Shown here: positions 25,601 to 40,100 of the stretch, piece after piece
How the letters are laid out: every line of letters starts with the position of its first letter
Numbering within the stretch: the stretch's first letter is position 1
Source: the human T2T-CHM13v2.0 reference genome, Homo sapiens
DNA length: 64,000 bases
Assembly: GCF_009914755.1 (NCBI RefSeq)
Contig: NC_060939.1
Reading direction: 5' to 3' (one strand)
Notes under the pieces: generated by a model
What the model saw: the letters and a program-made list of their open reading frames with translations, nothing else
Database searches by the model: none
Told to the model about the DNA's origin: nothing
Program-made: the position numbers and the translations under genes

Positions 25601-28600
25601 CTGAATGCTTCTGTGTAGAATTGATTTGAAGATAATTCCTTTTCCACCACAGTCCGCAAAGGGCTAAAAATATCCACTTGCCGATTCCACAAAAAGAGAG
25701 ATTCAAAACTGCTCAATCACAAGATAGGTTCAACTTGGTAATTGGAAAGCACACATGACAAACAATTTCTGAGAATGTTTCTGTGTAGTTTTTAAGGGAA
25801 GATATTTGATTTTCAAATGTAGGCCTCAAATCGCTCCAAATATCCACTTGCATATTGTACAAAAAGAGAGATTCAAAACTGGTCACTCAAAAGTTAGGTC
25901 CAGCTCTGTGAGCTGAATGCACACATCACAAAGATGTTTCTCAGAAGGTTTCTGTATAGTTTTTATATGAAGATATTTGCTTTTCCACAATATGCCTCAA
26001 ATCTCCCCAATTATCCACTTGCAGATTCTAGAAAAAGAGTGTTTCAAAACAGCTCAATCAAAATAAACTTTCAACTCTGTGAGATCAATGCACACATCAC
26101 AAAGAAGTTTCTCAGAATGCTTCTGTGTAGTTTTTTTTGTGAAGATATTTGATTTTCCACAGCAGGCTTCCAAGCACTCCAAATATCCACTCGCAGATTC
26201 TGCAAAAAGAGAGATTCAAATCTGCTGAATCAAAAGATAGGTTTAACTCTGTGACTTCAATGCACACCTCACAAGGGTGTTTCTCAGAAAGCTTCTGTGT
26301 AGTTTTTATATGAAGATATCTCCTTCTCCAAAGCAGGTCTCAAAGCCCTCCAAATATTCACTTCAAGATTCTACGGAAAGATTGTCTCAACACTGCTAAA
26401 TCTAAACAAATGTTCAACTCTGTGTGATGAATGCACTCATCACAGAGAAGTTTCTCTGAATGCCTCTGTGTAGTTTTTATTTGAAGATATTTGCTTTTCC
26501 AGTATAGGGCGAAATAGGGCTCCAAATATTCACTTGCAGATTCTACAAAAGGAGAGATTCCAAACTGCTCAATCAAAACATAGGTTCAACACTGTGAGTT
26601 GAATGCACACATCACAAAGAAGTTTCACAGAGTGCTTCTGGGTAGTTTTTATTTGAGGATATTTCCCTTTCCACAATAGGCCTCAAAGCTTTCCAAATAT
26701 CCACTTGCAGATTCTGCAAAAAGAGAGATACAAAACTGCTCTATCAAAAGATAGATTCGACTCTGTGAGTTGAATGCCAACATCGCAAAGAAGTTTCTCA
26801 GAATGCTTCTCTGCAGCTTTTTTGTGAGTATGTTTCGTTTTCCACCATAGGGCGAAATGGGGCTCCAAATATCCACTTGCATTTCCTACAAAAAGAGAGA
26901 TTCTAAGCTGCTCAATCAAAACATTGTTTCAACACGGTTAGTTGAATGCACACATCCCAAAGATGTTTTTCAGAGTGCTTCTGTGTGGTTTTTATGTGAA
27001 GATACTTCCTTTTCCACAATAGGCCTCAAATCTCTGTAAATATCCACTTGCAGACTCTACAAAGAGTGTTTCCAAACTCCTCAATCATAAGATAGGTTCA
27101 ACTCCGATAGTTGAATGCACACATCACAAAGAAGTTTCTCGGAAAGCTTCTGTGTAGTTTTTGATGAAGATATCTTCTTCTCTAAAACAGAACTCCAAGC
27201 CCTCCAAATATTCACTTCAAGATTCTACGGAAAGATTGTCTCAAACTGCTAAATCAAAACAAAGGTTCAACTCTGTGTGATGAATGCATTCATCACAAAG
27301 AAGTTTCTCTGAGTGCTTCTGTGCAGTTTTTATTTGAAGATAATTGCTTTTCCAGTATAGGGCGAAATAGGGCTCCAAATATTCACTTGCAGATTCTACA
27401 GAAAGAGAGATTCCAAACTGCTCAATCAAAACATAGGTTCAACACTGTGAGTTGAATGCATACATCGCAAAGAAGTTTCACAGAGTACTTCTGGGTGGTT
27501 TTTATTTGAAGATATTTCCCTTTCCACAATAGGCCTCAAAGCTTTCCAAATGTCCACTTGCAGATTCCACCAAAAGAGTGTTTCGAAACTGCTCAATCAA
27601 AAGAAAGGTTCTACTCTGTGGGATGAATGCACACATCACAAAGTAGTTTCTCAGAATGCTTCTGTGTAGTTTTTATGTGAAGATATTTGTTTTTCCACAG
27701 TAGGCCCCAAAGAGCTCCAAATATTCACTTGCAGATTCTACAAAAAGAGTGTTCCAAAACTGCTCCATCATGAAATAGGATCAACCCTGTGAGATGAATG
27801 TACGTATGACAGAGAAGTTTCTCAGAATGCTTCTGTGTAGTTTTTATGCGAAGATATTCGACTTTCCACAGTACGCCTCAAAGTTCTCCAATTATCCACT
27901 CGTAGATCCTGCAAAAAGAGAGATTCAAAACTGCTCAATCAAAAGATAGTTTCTACTCCATTAGCTGAAAGACCACATCACAAAAAAAGTTTCTCAGGAT
28001 GCTTCTGTGTAGTTTTTATGTGAAGATATTTGGTTTTCCACAGTAGGCCTCAAAGCGCTCCAAATATCCACTCACAGATTCTGCAAAAAGAGAGATTCAA
28101 AACTGCTGAATCAAAAGACAGTTTCAACTCTGTGACTTCAGTGCACACCTCACAAGGATGTTTCTCAGAATGCTTCTGTGTAGTTTTTATATAAAGATAT
28201 CTCCTTCTCCAAAATGGATCTCAAAGTTCTCCAAATATTCACTTCCAGATTCTATGGAAAGATTGTCTCAAAACTGCTCAATCAAACCAAAGGTTCAACT
28301 CTGTGAGATGAATGCCCACATCACAAAGAAGTTTCTCAGAGTACTTCTGTGTAGTTTCTATTTGAGGATAGTTCCTTTTCCACCACAGACCAGAAAGGGC
28401 TCCAAATATCCATTGCAGATGGTACAAAAAGTGAGATTCAAAACTGCTCAATCCAAAGGTAGTTTCAACCATGTGATATGAATGCACACAGCACAGAGAA
28501 TTTTCTCAAAATGCGTCTGTCTAGTTTTTATTTGAAGATATTTCCTTTTCTACCATAGGCCACAAACGTCTCCAAATATCCACATGCAGCTTCTACAAAA

Positions 28601-30732
28601 AGAGAGATTCAAAACTTCTCAATCAAAAGATAGGTTCAACTCTGTGAGTTGAAAGCACACCTCACAGAGAAGTTTCTCAGAGTGCTTCTGTGTGTTTTTA
28701 TGTGAAGATATTTCCTTTTCCACAATAGGCCTCAAAGCTCTCCAAATATCTGCGAGCAGAGTCTACAAAATGAGAGATTCAAAACTGCTCAATGAAAAGA
28801 TAGGTTCAACTCTGTGAGTTGAATGCACACCTCCAAAGAAGTTTCTCAGAATGCTTCCGTGTAGTTTTTATGTGAAGATATTTACTTTTCCACAGTTGTC
28901 CCAAAGCTCTAAAATGTCCACTTGCAGACCCTCCAAAAGAGTGTTTCAGAATTGCTCAATCAAAGGGAAGGTTCAATTCTGTGTGACCAATGCACTCATC
29001 ACAAAGAAGTTTGTCTGAATGCTTCTGTGTAGAATTGATTTGAAGATAATTCCTTTTCCACCACAGTCCGCAAAGGGCTAAAAATATCCACTTGCCGATT
29101 CCACAAAAAGAGAGATTCAAAACTGCTCAATCACAAGATAGGTTCAACTTGGTAATTGGAAAGCACACATGACAAACAATTTCTGAGAATGTTTCTGTGT
29201 AGTTTTTAAGGGAAGATATTTGATTTTCAAATGTAGGCCTCAAATCGCTCCAAATATCCACTTGCATATTGTACAAAAAGAGAGATTCAAAACTGGTCAC
29301 TCAAAAGTTAGGTCCAGCTCTGTGAGCTGAATGCACACATCACAAAGATGTTTCTCAGAAGGTTTCTGTATAGTTTTTATATGAAGATATTTGCTTTTCC
29401 ACAATATGCCTCAAATCTCCCCAATTATCCACTTGCAGATTCTAGAAAAAGAGTGTTTCAAAACAGCTCAATCAAAATAAACTTTCAACTCTGTGAGATC
29501 AATGCACACATCACAAAGAAGTTTCTCAGAATGCTTCTGTGTAGTTTTTTTTGTGAAGATATTTGATTTTCCACAGCAGGCTTCCAAGCACCCCAAATAT
29601 CCACTCGCAGATTCTGCAAAAAGAGAGATTCAAATCTGCTGAATCAAAAGATAGGTTTAACTCTGTGACTTCAATGCACACCTCACAAGGGTGTTTCTCA
29701 GAAAGCTTCTGTGTAGTTTTTATATGAAGATATCTCCTTCTCCAAAGCAGGTCTCAAAGCCCTCCAAATATTCACTTCAAGATTCTACGGAAAGATTGTC
29801 TCAACACTGCTAAATCTAAACAAATGTTCAACTCTGTGTGATGAATGCACTCATCACAGAGTAGTTTCTCTGAATGCCTCTGTGTAGTTTTTATTTGAAG
29901 ATATTTGCTTTTCCAGTATAGGGCGAAATAGGGCTCCAAATATTCACTTGCAGATTCTACAAAAGGAGAGATTCCAAACTGCTCAATCAAAACATAGGTT
30001 CAACACTGTGAGTTGAATGCACACATCACAAAGAAGTTTCACAGAGTGCTTCTGGGTAGTTTTTATTTGAGGATATTTCCCTTTCCACAATAGGCCTCAA
30101 AGCTTTCCAAATATCCACTTGCAGATTCTGCAAAAAGAGAGATACAAAACTGCTCTATCAAAAGATAGATTCGACTCTGTGAGTTGAATGCCAACATCGC
30201 AAAGAAGTTTCTCAGAATGCTTCTCTGCAGCTTTTTTGTGAGTATGTTTCGTTTTCCACCATAGGGCGAAATGGGGCTCCAAATATCCACTTGCATTTCC
30301 TACAAAAAGAGAGATTCTAAGCTGCTCAATCAAAACATTGTTTCAACACGGTTAGTTGAATGCACACATCCCAAAGATGTTTTTCAGAGTGCTTCTGTGT
30401 GGTTTTTATGTGAAGATACTTCCTTTTCCACAATAGGCCTCAAATCTCTGTAAATATCCACTTGCAGACTCTACAAAGAGTGTTTCCAAACTCCTCAATC
30501 ATAAGATAGGTTCAACTCCGATAGTTGAATGCACACATCACAAAGAAGTTTCTCGGAAAGCTTCTGTGTAGTTTTTGATGAAGATATCTTCTTCTCTAAA
30601 ACAGAACTCCAAGCCCTCCAAATATTCACTTCAAGATTCTACGGAAAGATTGTCTCAAACTGCTAAATCAAAACAAAGGTTCAACTCTGTGTGATGAATG
30701 CATTCATCACAAAGAAGTTTCTCTGAGTGCTT

Positions 30733-33700
30733 CTGTGCAGTTTTTATTTGAAGATAATTGCTTTTCCAGTATAGGGCGAAATAGGGCTCCAAATATTCAC
30801 TTGCAGATTCTACAGAAAGAGAGATTCCAAACTGCTCAATCAAAACATAGGTTCAACACTGTGAGTTGAATGCATACATCGCAAAGAAGTTTCACAGAGT
30901 ACTTCTGGGTGGTTTTTATTTGAAGATATTTCCCTTTCCACAATAGGCCTCAAAGCTTTCCAAATGTCCACTTGCAGATTCCACCAAAAGAGTGTTTCGA
31001 AACTGCTCAATCAAAAGAAAGGTTCTACTCTGTGGGATGAATGCACACATCACAAAGTAGTTTCTCAGAATGCTTCTGTGTAGTTTTTATGTGAAGATAT
31101 TTGTTTTTCCACAGTAGGCCCCAAAGAGCTCCAAATATTCACTTGCAGATTCTACAAAAAGAGTGTTCCAAAACTGCTCAATCATGAAATAGGATCAACC
31201 CTGTGAGATGAATGTACGTATGACAGAGAAGTTTCTCAGAATGCTTCTGTGTAGTTTTTATGCGAAGATATTCGACTTTCCACAGTACGCCTCAAAGTTC
31301 TCCAATTATCCACTCGTAGATCCTGCAAAAAGAGAGATTCAAAACTGCTCAATCAAAAGATAGTTTCTACTCCATTAGCTGAAAGACCACATCACAAAAA
31401 AAGTTTCTCAGGATGCTTCTGTGTAGTTTTTATGTGAAGATATTTGGTTTTCCACAGTAGGCCTCAAAGCGCTCCAAATATCCACTCACAGATTCTGCAA
31501 AAGAGAGATTCAAAACTGCTGAATCAAAAGACAGTTTCAACTCTGTGACTTCAGTGCACACCTCACAAGGATGTTTCTCAGAATGCTTCTGTGTAGTTTT
31601 TATATAAAGATATCTCCTTCTCCAAAATGGATCTCAAAGTTCTCCAAATATTCACTTCCAGATTCTATGGAAAGATTGTCTCAAAACTGCTCAATCAAAC
31701 CAAAGGTTCAACTCTGTGAGATGAATGCCCACATCACAAAGAAGTTTCTCAGAGTACTTCTGTGTAGTTTCTATTTGAGGATAGTTCCTTTTCCACCACA
31801 GACCAGAAAGGGCTCCAAATATCCATTGCAGATGGTACAAAAAGTGAGATTCAAAACTGCTCAATCCAAAGGTAGTTTCAACCATGTGATATGAATGCAC
31901 ACAGCACAGAGAATTTTCTCAAAATGCGTCTGTCTAGTTTTTATTTGAAGATATTTCCTTTTCTACCATAGGCCACAAACGTCTCCAAATATCCACATGC
32001 AGCTTCTACAAAAAGAGAGATTCAAAACTTCTCAATCAAAAGATAGGTTCAACTCTGTGAGTTGAAAGCACACCTCACAGAGAAGTTTCTCAGAGTGCTT
32101 CTGTGTGTTTTTATGTGAAGATATTTCCTTTTCCACAATAGGCCTCAAAGCTCTCCAAATATCTGCGAGCAGAGTCTACAAAATGAGAGATTCAAAACTG
32201 CTCAATGAAAAGATAGGTTCAACTCTGTGAGTTGAATGCACACCTCCAAAGAAGTTTCTCAGAATGCTTCCGTGTAGTTTTTATGTGAAGATATTTACTT
32301 TTCCACAGTTGTCCCAAAGCTCTAAAATGTCCACTTGCAGACCCTCCAAAAGAGTGTTTCAGAATTGCTCAATCAAAGGGAAGGTTCAATTCTGTGTGAC
32401 CAATGCACTCATCACAAAGAAGTTTGTCTGAATGCTTCTGTGTAGAATTGATTTGAAGATAATTCCTTTTCCACCACAGTCCGCAAAGGGCTAAAAATAT
32501 CCACTTGCCGATTCCACAAAAAGAGAGATTCAAAACTGCTCAATCACAAGATAGGTTCAACTTGGTAATTGGAAAGCACACATGACAAACAATTTCTGAG
32601 AATGTTTCTGTGTAGTTTTTAAGGGAAGATATTTGATTTTCAAATGTAGGCCTCAAATCGCTCCAAATATCCACTTGCATATTGTACAAAAAGAGAGATT
32701 CAAAACTGGTCACTCAAAAGATAGGTCCAGCTCTGTGAGCTGAATGCACACATCACAAAGATGTTTCTCAGAAGGTTTCTGTATAGTTTTTATATGAAGA
32801 TATTGGCTTTTCCACAATATGCCTCAAATCTCCCCAATTATCCACTTGCAGATTCTAGAAAAAGAGTGTTTCAAAACAGCTCAATCAAAATAAACTTTCA
32901 ACTCTGTGAGATCAATGCACACATCACAAAGAAGTTTCTCAGAATGCTTCTGTGTAGTTTTTTTTGTGAAGATATTTGATTTTCCACAGCAGGCTTCCAA
33001 GCACTCCAAATATCCACTCGCAGATTCTGCAAAAAGAGAGATTCAAATCTGCTGAATCAAAAGATAGGTTTAACTCTGTGACTTCAATGCACACCTCACA
33101 AGGGTGTTTCTCAGAAAGCTTCTGTGTAGTTTTTATATGAAGATATCTCCTTCTCCAAAGCAGGTCTCAAAGCCCTCCAAATATTCACTTCAAGATTCTA
33201 CGGAAAGATTGTCTCAACACTGCTAAATCTAAACAAATGTTCAACTCTGTGTGATGAATGCACTCATCACAGAGAAGTTTCTCTGAATGCCTCTGTGTAG
33301 TTTTTATTTGAAGATATTTGCTTTTCCAGTATAGGGCGAAATAGGGCTCCAAATATTCACTTGCAGATTCTACAAAAGGAGAGATTCCAAACTGCTCAAT
33401 CAAAACATAGGTTCAACACTGTGAGTTGAATGCACACATCACAAAGAAGTTTCACAGAGTGCTTCTGGGTAGTTTTTATTTGAGGATATTTCCCTTTCCA
33501 CAATAGGCCTCAAAGCTTTCCAAATATCCACTTGCAGATTCTGCAAAAAGAGAGATACAAAACTGCTCTATCAAAAGATAGATTCGACTCTGTGAGTTGA
33601 ATGCCAACATCGCAAAGAAGTTTCTCAGAATGCTTCTCTGCAGCTTTTTTGTGAGTATGTTTCGTTTTCCACCATAGGGCGAAATGGGGCTCCAAATATC

Positions 33701-34145
33701 CACTTGCATTTCCTACAAAAAGAGAGATTCTAAGCTGCTCAATCAAAACATTGTTTCAACACGGTTAGTTGAATGCACACATCCCAAAGATGTTTTTCAG
33801 AGTGCTTCTGTGTGGTTTTTATGTGAAGATACTTCCTTTTCCACAATAGGCCTCAAATCTCTGTAAATATCCACTTGCAGACTCTACAAAGAGTGTTTCC
33901 AAACTCCTCAATCATAAGATAGGTTCAACTCCGATAGTTGAATGCACACATCACAAAGAAGTTTCTCGGAAAGCTTCTGTGTAGTTTTTGATGAAGATAT
34001 CTTCTTCTCTAAAACAGAACTCCAAGCCCTCCAAATATTCACTTCAAGATTCTACGGAAAGATTGTCTCAAACTGCTAAATCAAAACAAAGGTTCAACTC
34101 TGTGTGATGAATGCATTCATCACAAAGAAGTTTCTCTGAGTGCTT
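30733..34145 (-). repeat. HOR copy 10, 3,413-bp variant (1-bp deletion in an A-run)
   Basis: ctgcaaaagagag (A4 at 31499-31502) versus ctgcaaaaagagag (A5) elsewhere. ORF spacing 28158 to 31571 is 3,413. Confidence 0.9.
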
Positions 34146-37100
34146 CTGTGCAGTTTTTATTTGAAGATAATTGCTTTTCCAGTATAGGGCGAAATAGGGC
34201 TCCAAATATTCACTTGCAGATTCTACAGAAAGAGAGATTCCAAACTGCTCAATCAAAACATAGGTTCAACACTGTGAGTTGAATGCATACATCGCAAAGA
34301 AGTTTCACAGAGTACTTCTGGGTGGTTTTTATTTGAAGATATTTCCCTTTCCACAATAGGCCTCAAAGCTTTCCAAATGTCCACTTGCAGATTCCACCAA
34401 AAGAGTGTTTCGAAACTGCTCAATCAAAAGAAAGGTTCTACTCTGTGGGATGAATGCACACATCACAAAGTAGTTTCTCAGAATGCTTCTGTGTAGTTTT
34501 TATGTGAAGATATTTGTTTTTCCACAGTAGGCCCCAAAGAGCTCCAAATATTCACTTGCAGATTCTACAAAAAGAGTGTTCCAAAACTGCTCCATCATGA
34601 AATAGGATCAACCCTGTGAGATGAATGTACGTATGACAGAGAAGTTTCTCAGAATGCTTCTGTGTAGTTTTTATGCGAAGATATTCGACTTTCCACAGTA
34701 CGCCTCAAAGTTCTCCAATTATCCACTCGTAGATCCTGCAAAAAGAGAGATTCAAAACTGCTCAATCAAAAGATAGTTTCCACTCCATTAGCTGAAAGAC
34801 CACATCACAAAAAAAGTTTCTCAGGATGCTTCTGTGTAGTTTTTATGTGAAGATATTTGGTTTTCCACAGTAGGCCTCAAAGCGCTCCAAATATCCACTC
34901 ACAGATTCTGCAAAAAGAGAGATTCAAAACTGCTGAATCAAAAGACAGTTTCAACTCTGTGACTTCAGTGCACACCTCACAAGGATGTTTCTCAGAATGC
35001 TTCTGTGTAGTTTTTATATAAAGATATCTCCTTCTCCAAAATGGATCTCAAAGTTCTCCAAATATTCACTTCCAGATTCTATGGAAAGATTGTCTCAAAA
35101 CTGCTCAATCAAACCAAAGGTTCAACTCTGTGAGATGAATGCCCACATCACAAAGAAGTTTCTCAGAGTACTTCTGTGTAGTTTCTATTTGAGGATAGTT
35201 CCTTTTCCACCACAGACCAGAAAGGGCTCCAAATATCCATTGCAGATGGTACAAAAAGTGAGATTCAAAACTGCTCAATCCAAAGGTAGTTTCAACCATG
35301 TGATATGAATGCACACAGCACAGAGAATTTTCTCAAAATGCGTCTGTCTAGTTTTTATTTGAAGATATTTCCTTTTCTACCATAGGCCACAAACGTCTCC
35401 AAATATCCACATGCAGCTTCTACAAAAAGAGAGATTCAAAACTTCTCAATCAAAAGATAGGTTCAACTCTGTGAGTTGAAAGCACACCTCACAGAGAAGT
35501 TTCTCAGAGTGCTTCTGTGTGTTTTTATGTGAAGATATTTCCTTTTCCACAATAGGCCTCAAAGCTCTCCAAATATCTGCGAGCAGAGTCTACAAAATGA
35601 GAGATTCAAAACTGCTCAATGAAAAGATAGGTTCAACTCTGTGAGTTGAATGCACACCTCCAAAGAAGTTTCTCAGAATGCTTCCGTGTAGTTTTTATGT
35701 GAAGATATTTACTTTTCCACAGTTGTCCCAAAGCTCTAAAATGTCCACTTGCAGACCCTCCAAAAGAGTGTTTCAGAATTGCTCAATCAAAGGGAAGGTT
35801 CAATTCTGTGTGACCAATGCACTCATCACAAAGAAGTTTGTCTGAATGCTTCTGTGTAGAATTGATTTGAAGATAATTCCTTTTCCACCACAGTCCGCAA
35901 AGGGCTAAAAATATCCACTTGCCGATTCCACAAAAAGAGAGATTCAAAACTGCTCAATCACAAGATAGGTTCAACTTGGTAATTGGAAAGCACACATGAC
36001 AAACAATTTCTGAGAATGTTTCTGTGTAGTTTTTAAGGGAAGATATTTGATTTTCAAATGTAGGCCTCAAATCGCTCCAAATATCCACTTGCATATTGTA
36101 CAAAAAGAGAGATTCAAAACTGGTCACTCAAAAGTTAGGTCCAGCTCTGTGAGCTGAATGCACACATCACAAAGATGTTTCTCAGAAGGTTTCTGTATAG
36201 TTTTTATATGAAGATATTGGCTTTTCCACAATATGCCTCAAATCTCCCCAATTATCCACTTGCAGATTCTAGAAAAAGAGTGTTTCAAAACAGCTCAATC
36301 AAAATAAACTTTCAACTCTGTGAGATCAATGCACACATCACAAAGAAGTTTCTCAGAATGCTTCTGTGTAGTTTTTTTTGTGAAGATATTTGATTTTCCA
36401 CAGCAGGCTTCCAAGCACTCCAAATATCCACTCGCAGATTCTGCAAAAAGAGAGATTCAAATCTGCTGAATCAAAAGATAGGTTTAACTCTGTGACTTCA
36501 ATGCACACCTCACAAGGGTGTTTCTCAGAAAGCTTCTGTGTAGTTTTTATATGAAGATATCTCCTTCTCCAAAGCAGGTCTCAAAGCCCTCCAAATATTC
36601 ACTTCAAGATTCTACGGAAAGATTGTCTCAACACTGCTAAATCTAAACAAATGTTCAACTCTGTGTGATGAATGCACTCATCACAGAGAAGTTTCTCTGA
36701 ATGCCTCTGTGTAGTTTTTATTTGAAGATATTTGCTTTTCCAGTATAGGGCGAAATAGGGCTCCAAATATTCACTTGCAGATTCTACAAAAGGAGAGATT
36801 CCAAACTGCTCAATCAAAACATAGGTTCAACACTGTGAGTTGAATGCACACATCACAAAGAAGTTTCACAGAGTGCTTCTGGGTAGTTTTTATTTGAGGA
36901 TATTTCCCTTTCCACAATAGGCCTCAAAGCTTTCCAAATATCCACTTGCAGATTCTGCAAAAAGAGAGATACAAAACTGCTCTATCAAAAGATAGATTCG
37001 ACTCTGTGAGTTGAATGCCAACATCGCAAAGAAGTTTCTCAGAATGCTTCTCTGCAGCTTTTTTGTGAGTATGTTTCGTTTTCCACCATAGGGCGAAATG

Positions 37101-40100
37101 GGGCTCCAAATATCCACTTGCATTTCCTACAAAAAGAGAGATTCTAAGCTGCTCAATCAAAACATTGTTTCAACACGGTTAGTTGAATGCACACATCCCA
37201 AAGATGTTTTTCAGAGTGCTTCTGTGTGGTTTTTATGTGAAGATACTTCCTTTTCCACAATAGGCCTCAAATCTCTGTAAATATCCACTTGCAGACTCTA
37301 CAAAGAGTGTTTCCAAACTCCTCAATCATAAGATAGGTTCAACTCCGATAGTTGAATGCACACATCACAAAGAAGTTTCTCGGAAAGCTTCTGTGTAGTT
37401 TTTGATGAAGATATCTTCTTCTCTAAAACAGAACTCCAAGCCCTCCAAATATTCACTTCAAGATTCTACGGAAAGATTGTCTCAAACTGCTAAATCAAAA
37501 CAAAGGTTCAACTCTGTGTGATGAATGCATTCATCACAAAGAAGTTTCTCTGAGTGCTTCTGTGCAGTTTTTATTTGAAGATAATTGCTTTTCCAGTATA
37601 GGGCGAAATAGGGCTCCAAATATTCACTTGCAGATTCTACAGAAAGAGAGATTCCAAACTGCTCAATCAAAACATAGGTTCAACACTGTGAGTTGAATGC
37701 ATACATCGCAAAGAAGTTTCACAGAGTACTTCTGGGTGGTTTTTATTTGAAGATATTTCCCTTTCCACAATAGGCCTCAAAGCTTTCCAAATGTCCACTT
37801 GCAGATTCCACCAAAAGAGTGTTTCGAAACTGCTCAATCAAAAGAAAGGTTCTACTCTGTGGGATGAATGCACACATCACAAAGTAGTTTCTCAGAATGC
37901 TTCTGTGTAGTTTTTATGTGAAGATATTTGTTTTTCCACAGTAGGCCCCAAAGAGCTCCAAATATTCACTTGCAGATTCTACAAAAAGAGTGTTCCAAAA
38001 CTGCTCAATCATGAAATAGGATCAACCCTGTGAGATGAATGTATGTATGACAGAGAAGTTTCTCAGAATGCTTCTGTGTAGTTTTTATGCGAAGATATTC
38101 GACTTTCCACAGTACGCCTCAAAGTTCTCCAATTATCCACTCGTAGATCCTGCAAAAAGAGAGATTCAAAACTGCTCAATCAAAAGATAGTTTCTACTCC
38201 ATTAGCTGAAAGACCACATCACAAAAAAAGTTTCTCAGGATGCTTCTGTGTAGTTTTTATGTGAAGATATTTGGTTTTCCACAGTAGGCCTCAAAGCGCT
38301 CCAAATATCCACTCACAGATTCTGCAAAAAGAGAGATTCAAAACTGCTGAATCAAAAGACAGTTTCAACTCTGTGACTTCAGTGCACACCTCACAAGGAT
38401 GTTTCTCAGAATGCTTCTGTGTAGTTTTTATATAAAGATATCTCCTTCTCCAAAATGGATCTCAAAGTTCTCCAAATATTCACTTCCAGATTCTATGGAA
38501 AGATTGTCTCAAAACTGCTCAATCAAACCAAAGGTTCAACTCTGTGAGATGAATGCCCACATCACAAAGAAGTTTCTCAGAGTACTTCTGTGTAGTTTCT
38601 ATTTGAGGATAGTTCCTTTTCCACCACAGACCAGAAAGGGCTCCAAATATCCATTGCAGATGGTACAAAAAGTGAGATTCAAAACTGCTCAATCCAAAGG
38701 TAGTTTCAACCATGTGATATGAATGCACACAGCACAGAGAATTTTCTCAAAATGCGTCTGTCTAGTTTTTATTTGAAGATATTTCCTTTTCTACCATAGG
38801 CCACAAACGTCTCCAAATATCCACATGCAGCTTCTACAAAAAGAGAGATTCAAAACTTCTCAATCAAAAGATAGGTTCAACTCTGTGAGTTGAAAGCACA
38901 CCTCACAGAGAAGTTTCTCAGAGTGCTTCTGTGTGTTTTTATGTGAAGATATTTCCTTTTCCACAATAGGCCTCAAAGCTCTCCAAATATCTGCGAGCAG
39001 AGTCTACAAAATGAGAGATTCAAAACTGCTCAATGAAAAGATAGGTTCAACTCTGTGAGTTGAATGCACACCTCCAAAGAAGTTTCTCAGAATGCTTCCG
39101 TGTAGTTTTTATGTGAAGATATTTACTTTTCCACAGTTGTCCCAAAGCTCTAAAATGTCCACTTGCAGACCCTCCAAAAGAGTGTTTCAGAATTGCTCAA
39201 TCAAAGGGAAGGTTCAATTCTGTGTGACCAATGCACTCATCACAAAGAAGTTTGTCTGAATGCTTCTGTGTAGAATTGATTTGAAGATAATTCCTTTTCC
39301 ACCACAGTCCGCAAAGGGCTAAAAATATCCACTTGCCGATTCCACAAAAAGAGAGATTCAAAACTGCTCAATCACAAGATAGGTTCAACTTGGTAATTGG
39401 AAAGCACACATGACAAACAATTTCTGAGAATGTTTCTGTGTAGTTTTTAAGGGAAGATATTTGATTTTCAAATGTAGGCCTCAAATCGCTCCAAATATCC
39501 ACTTGCATATTGTACAAAAAGAGAGATTCAAAACTGGTCACTCAAAAGTTAGGTCCAGCTCTGTGAGCTGAATGCACACATCACAAAGATGTTTCTCAGA
39601 AGGTTTCTGTATAGTTTTTATATGAAGATATTGGCTTTTCCACAATATGCCTCAAATCTCCCCAATTATCCACTTGCAGATTCTAGAAAAAGAGTGTTTC
39701 AAAACAGCTCAATCAAAATAAACTTTCAACTCTGTGAGATCAATGCACACATCACAAAGAAGTTTCTCAGAATGCTTCTGTGTAGTTTTTTTTGTGAAGA
39801 TATTTGATTTTCCACAGCAGGCTTCCAAGCACTCCAAATATCCACTCGCAGATTCTGCAAAAAGAGAGATTCAAATCTGCTGAATCAAAAGATAGGTTTA
39901 ACTCTGTGACTTCAATGCACACCTCACAAGGGTGTTTCTCAGAAAGCTTCTGTGTAGTTTTTATATGAAGATATCTCCTTCTCCAAAGCAGGTCTCAAAG
40001 CCCTCCAAATATTCACTTCAAGATTCTACGGAAAGATTGTCTCAACACTGCTAAATCTAAACAAATGTTCAACTCTGTGTGATGAATGCACTCATCACAG

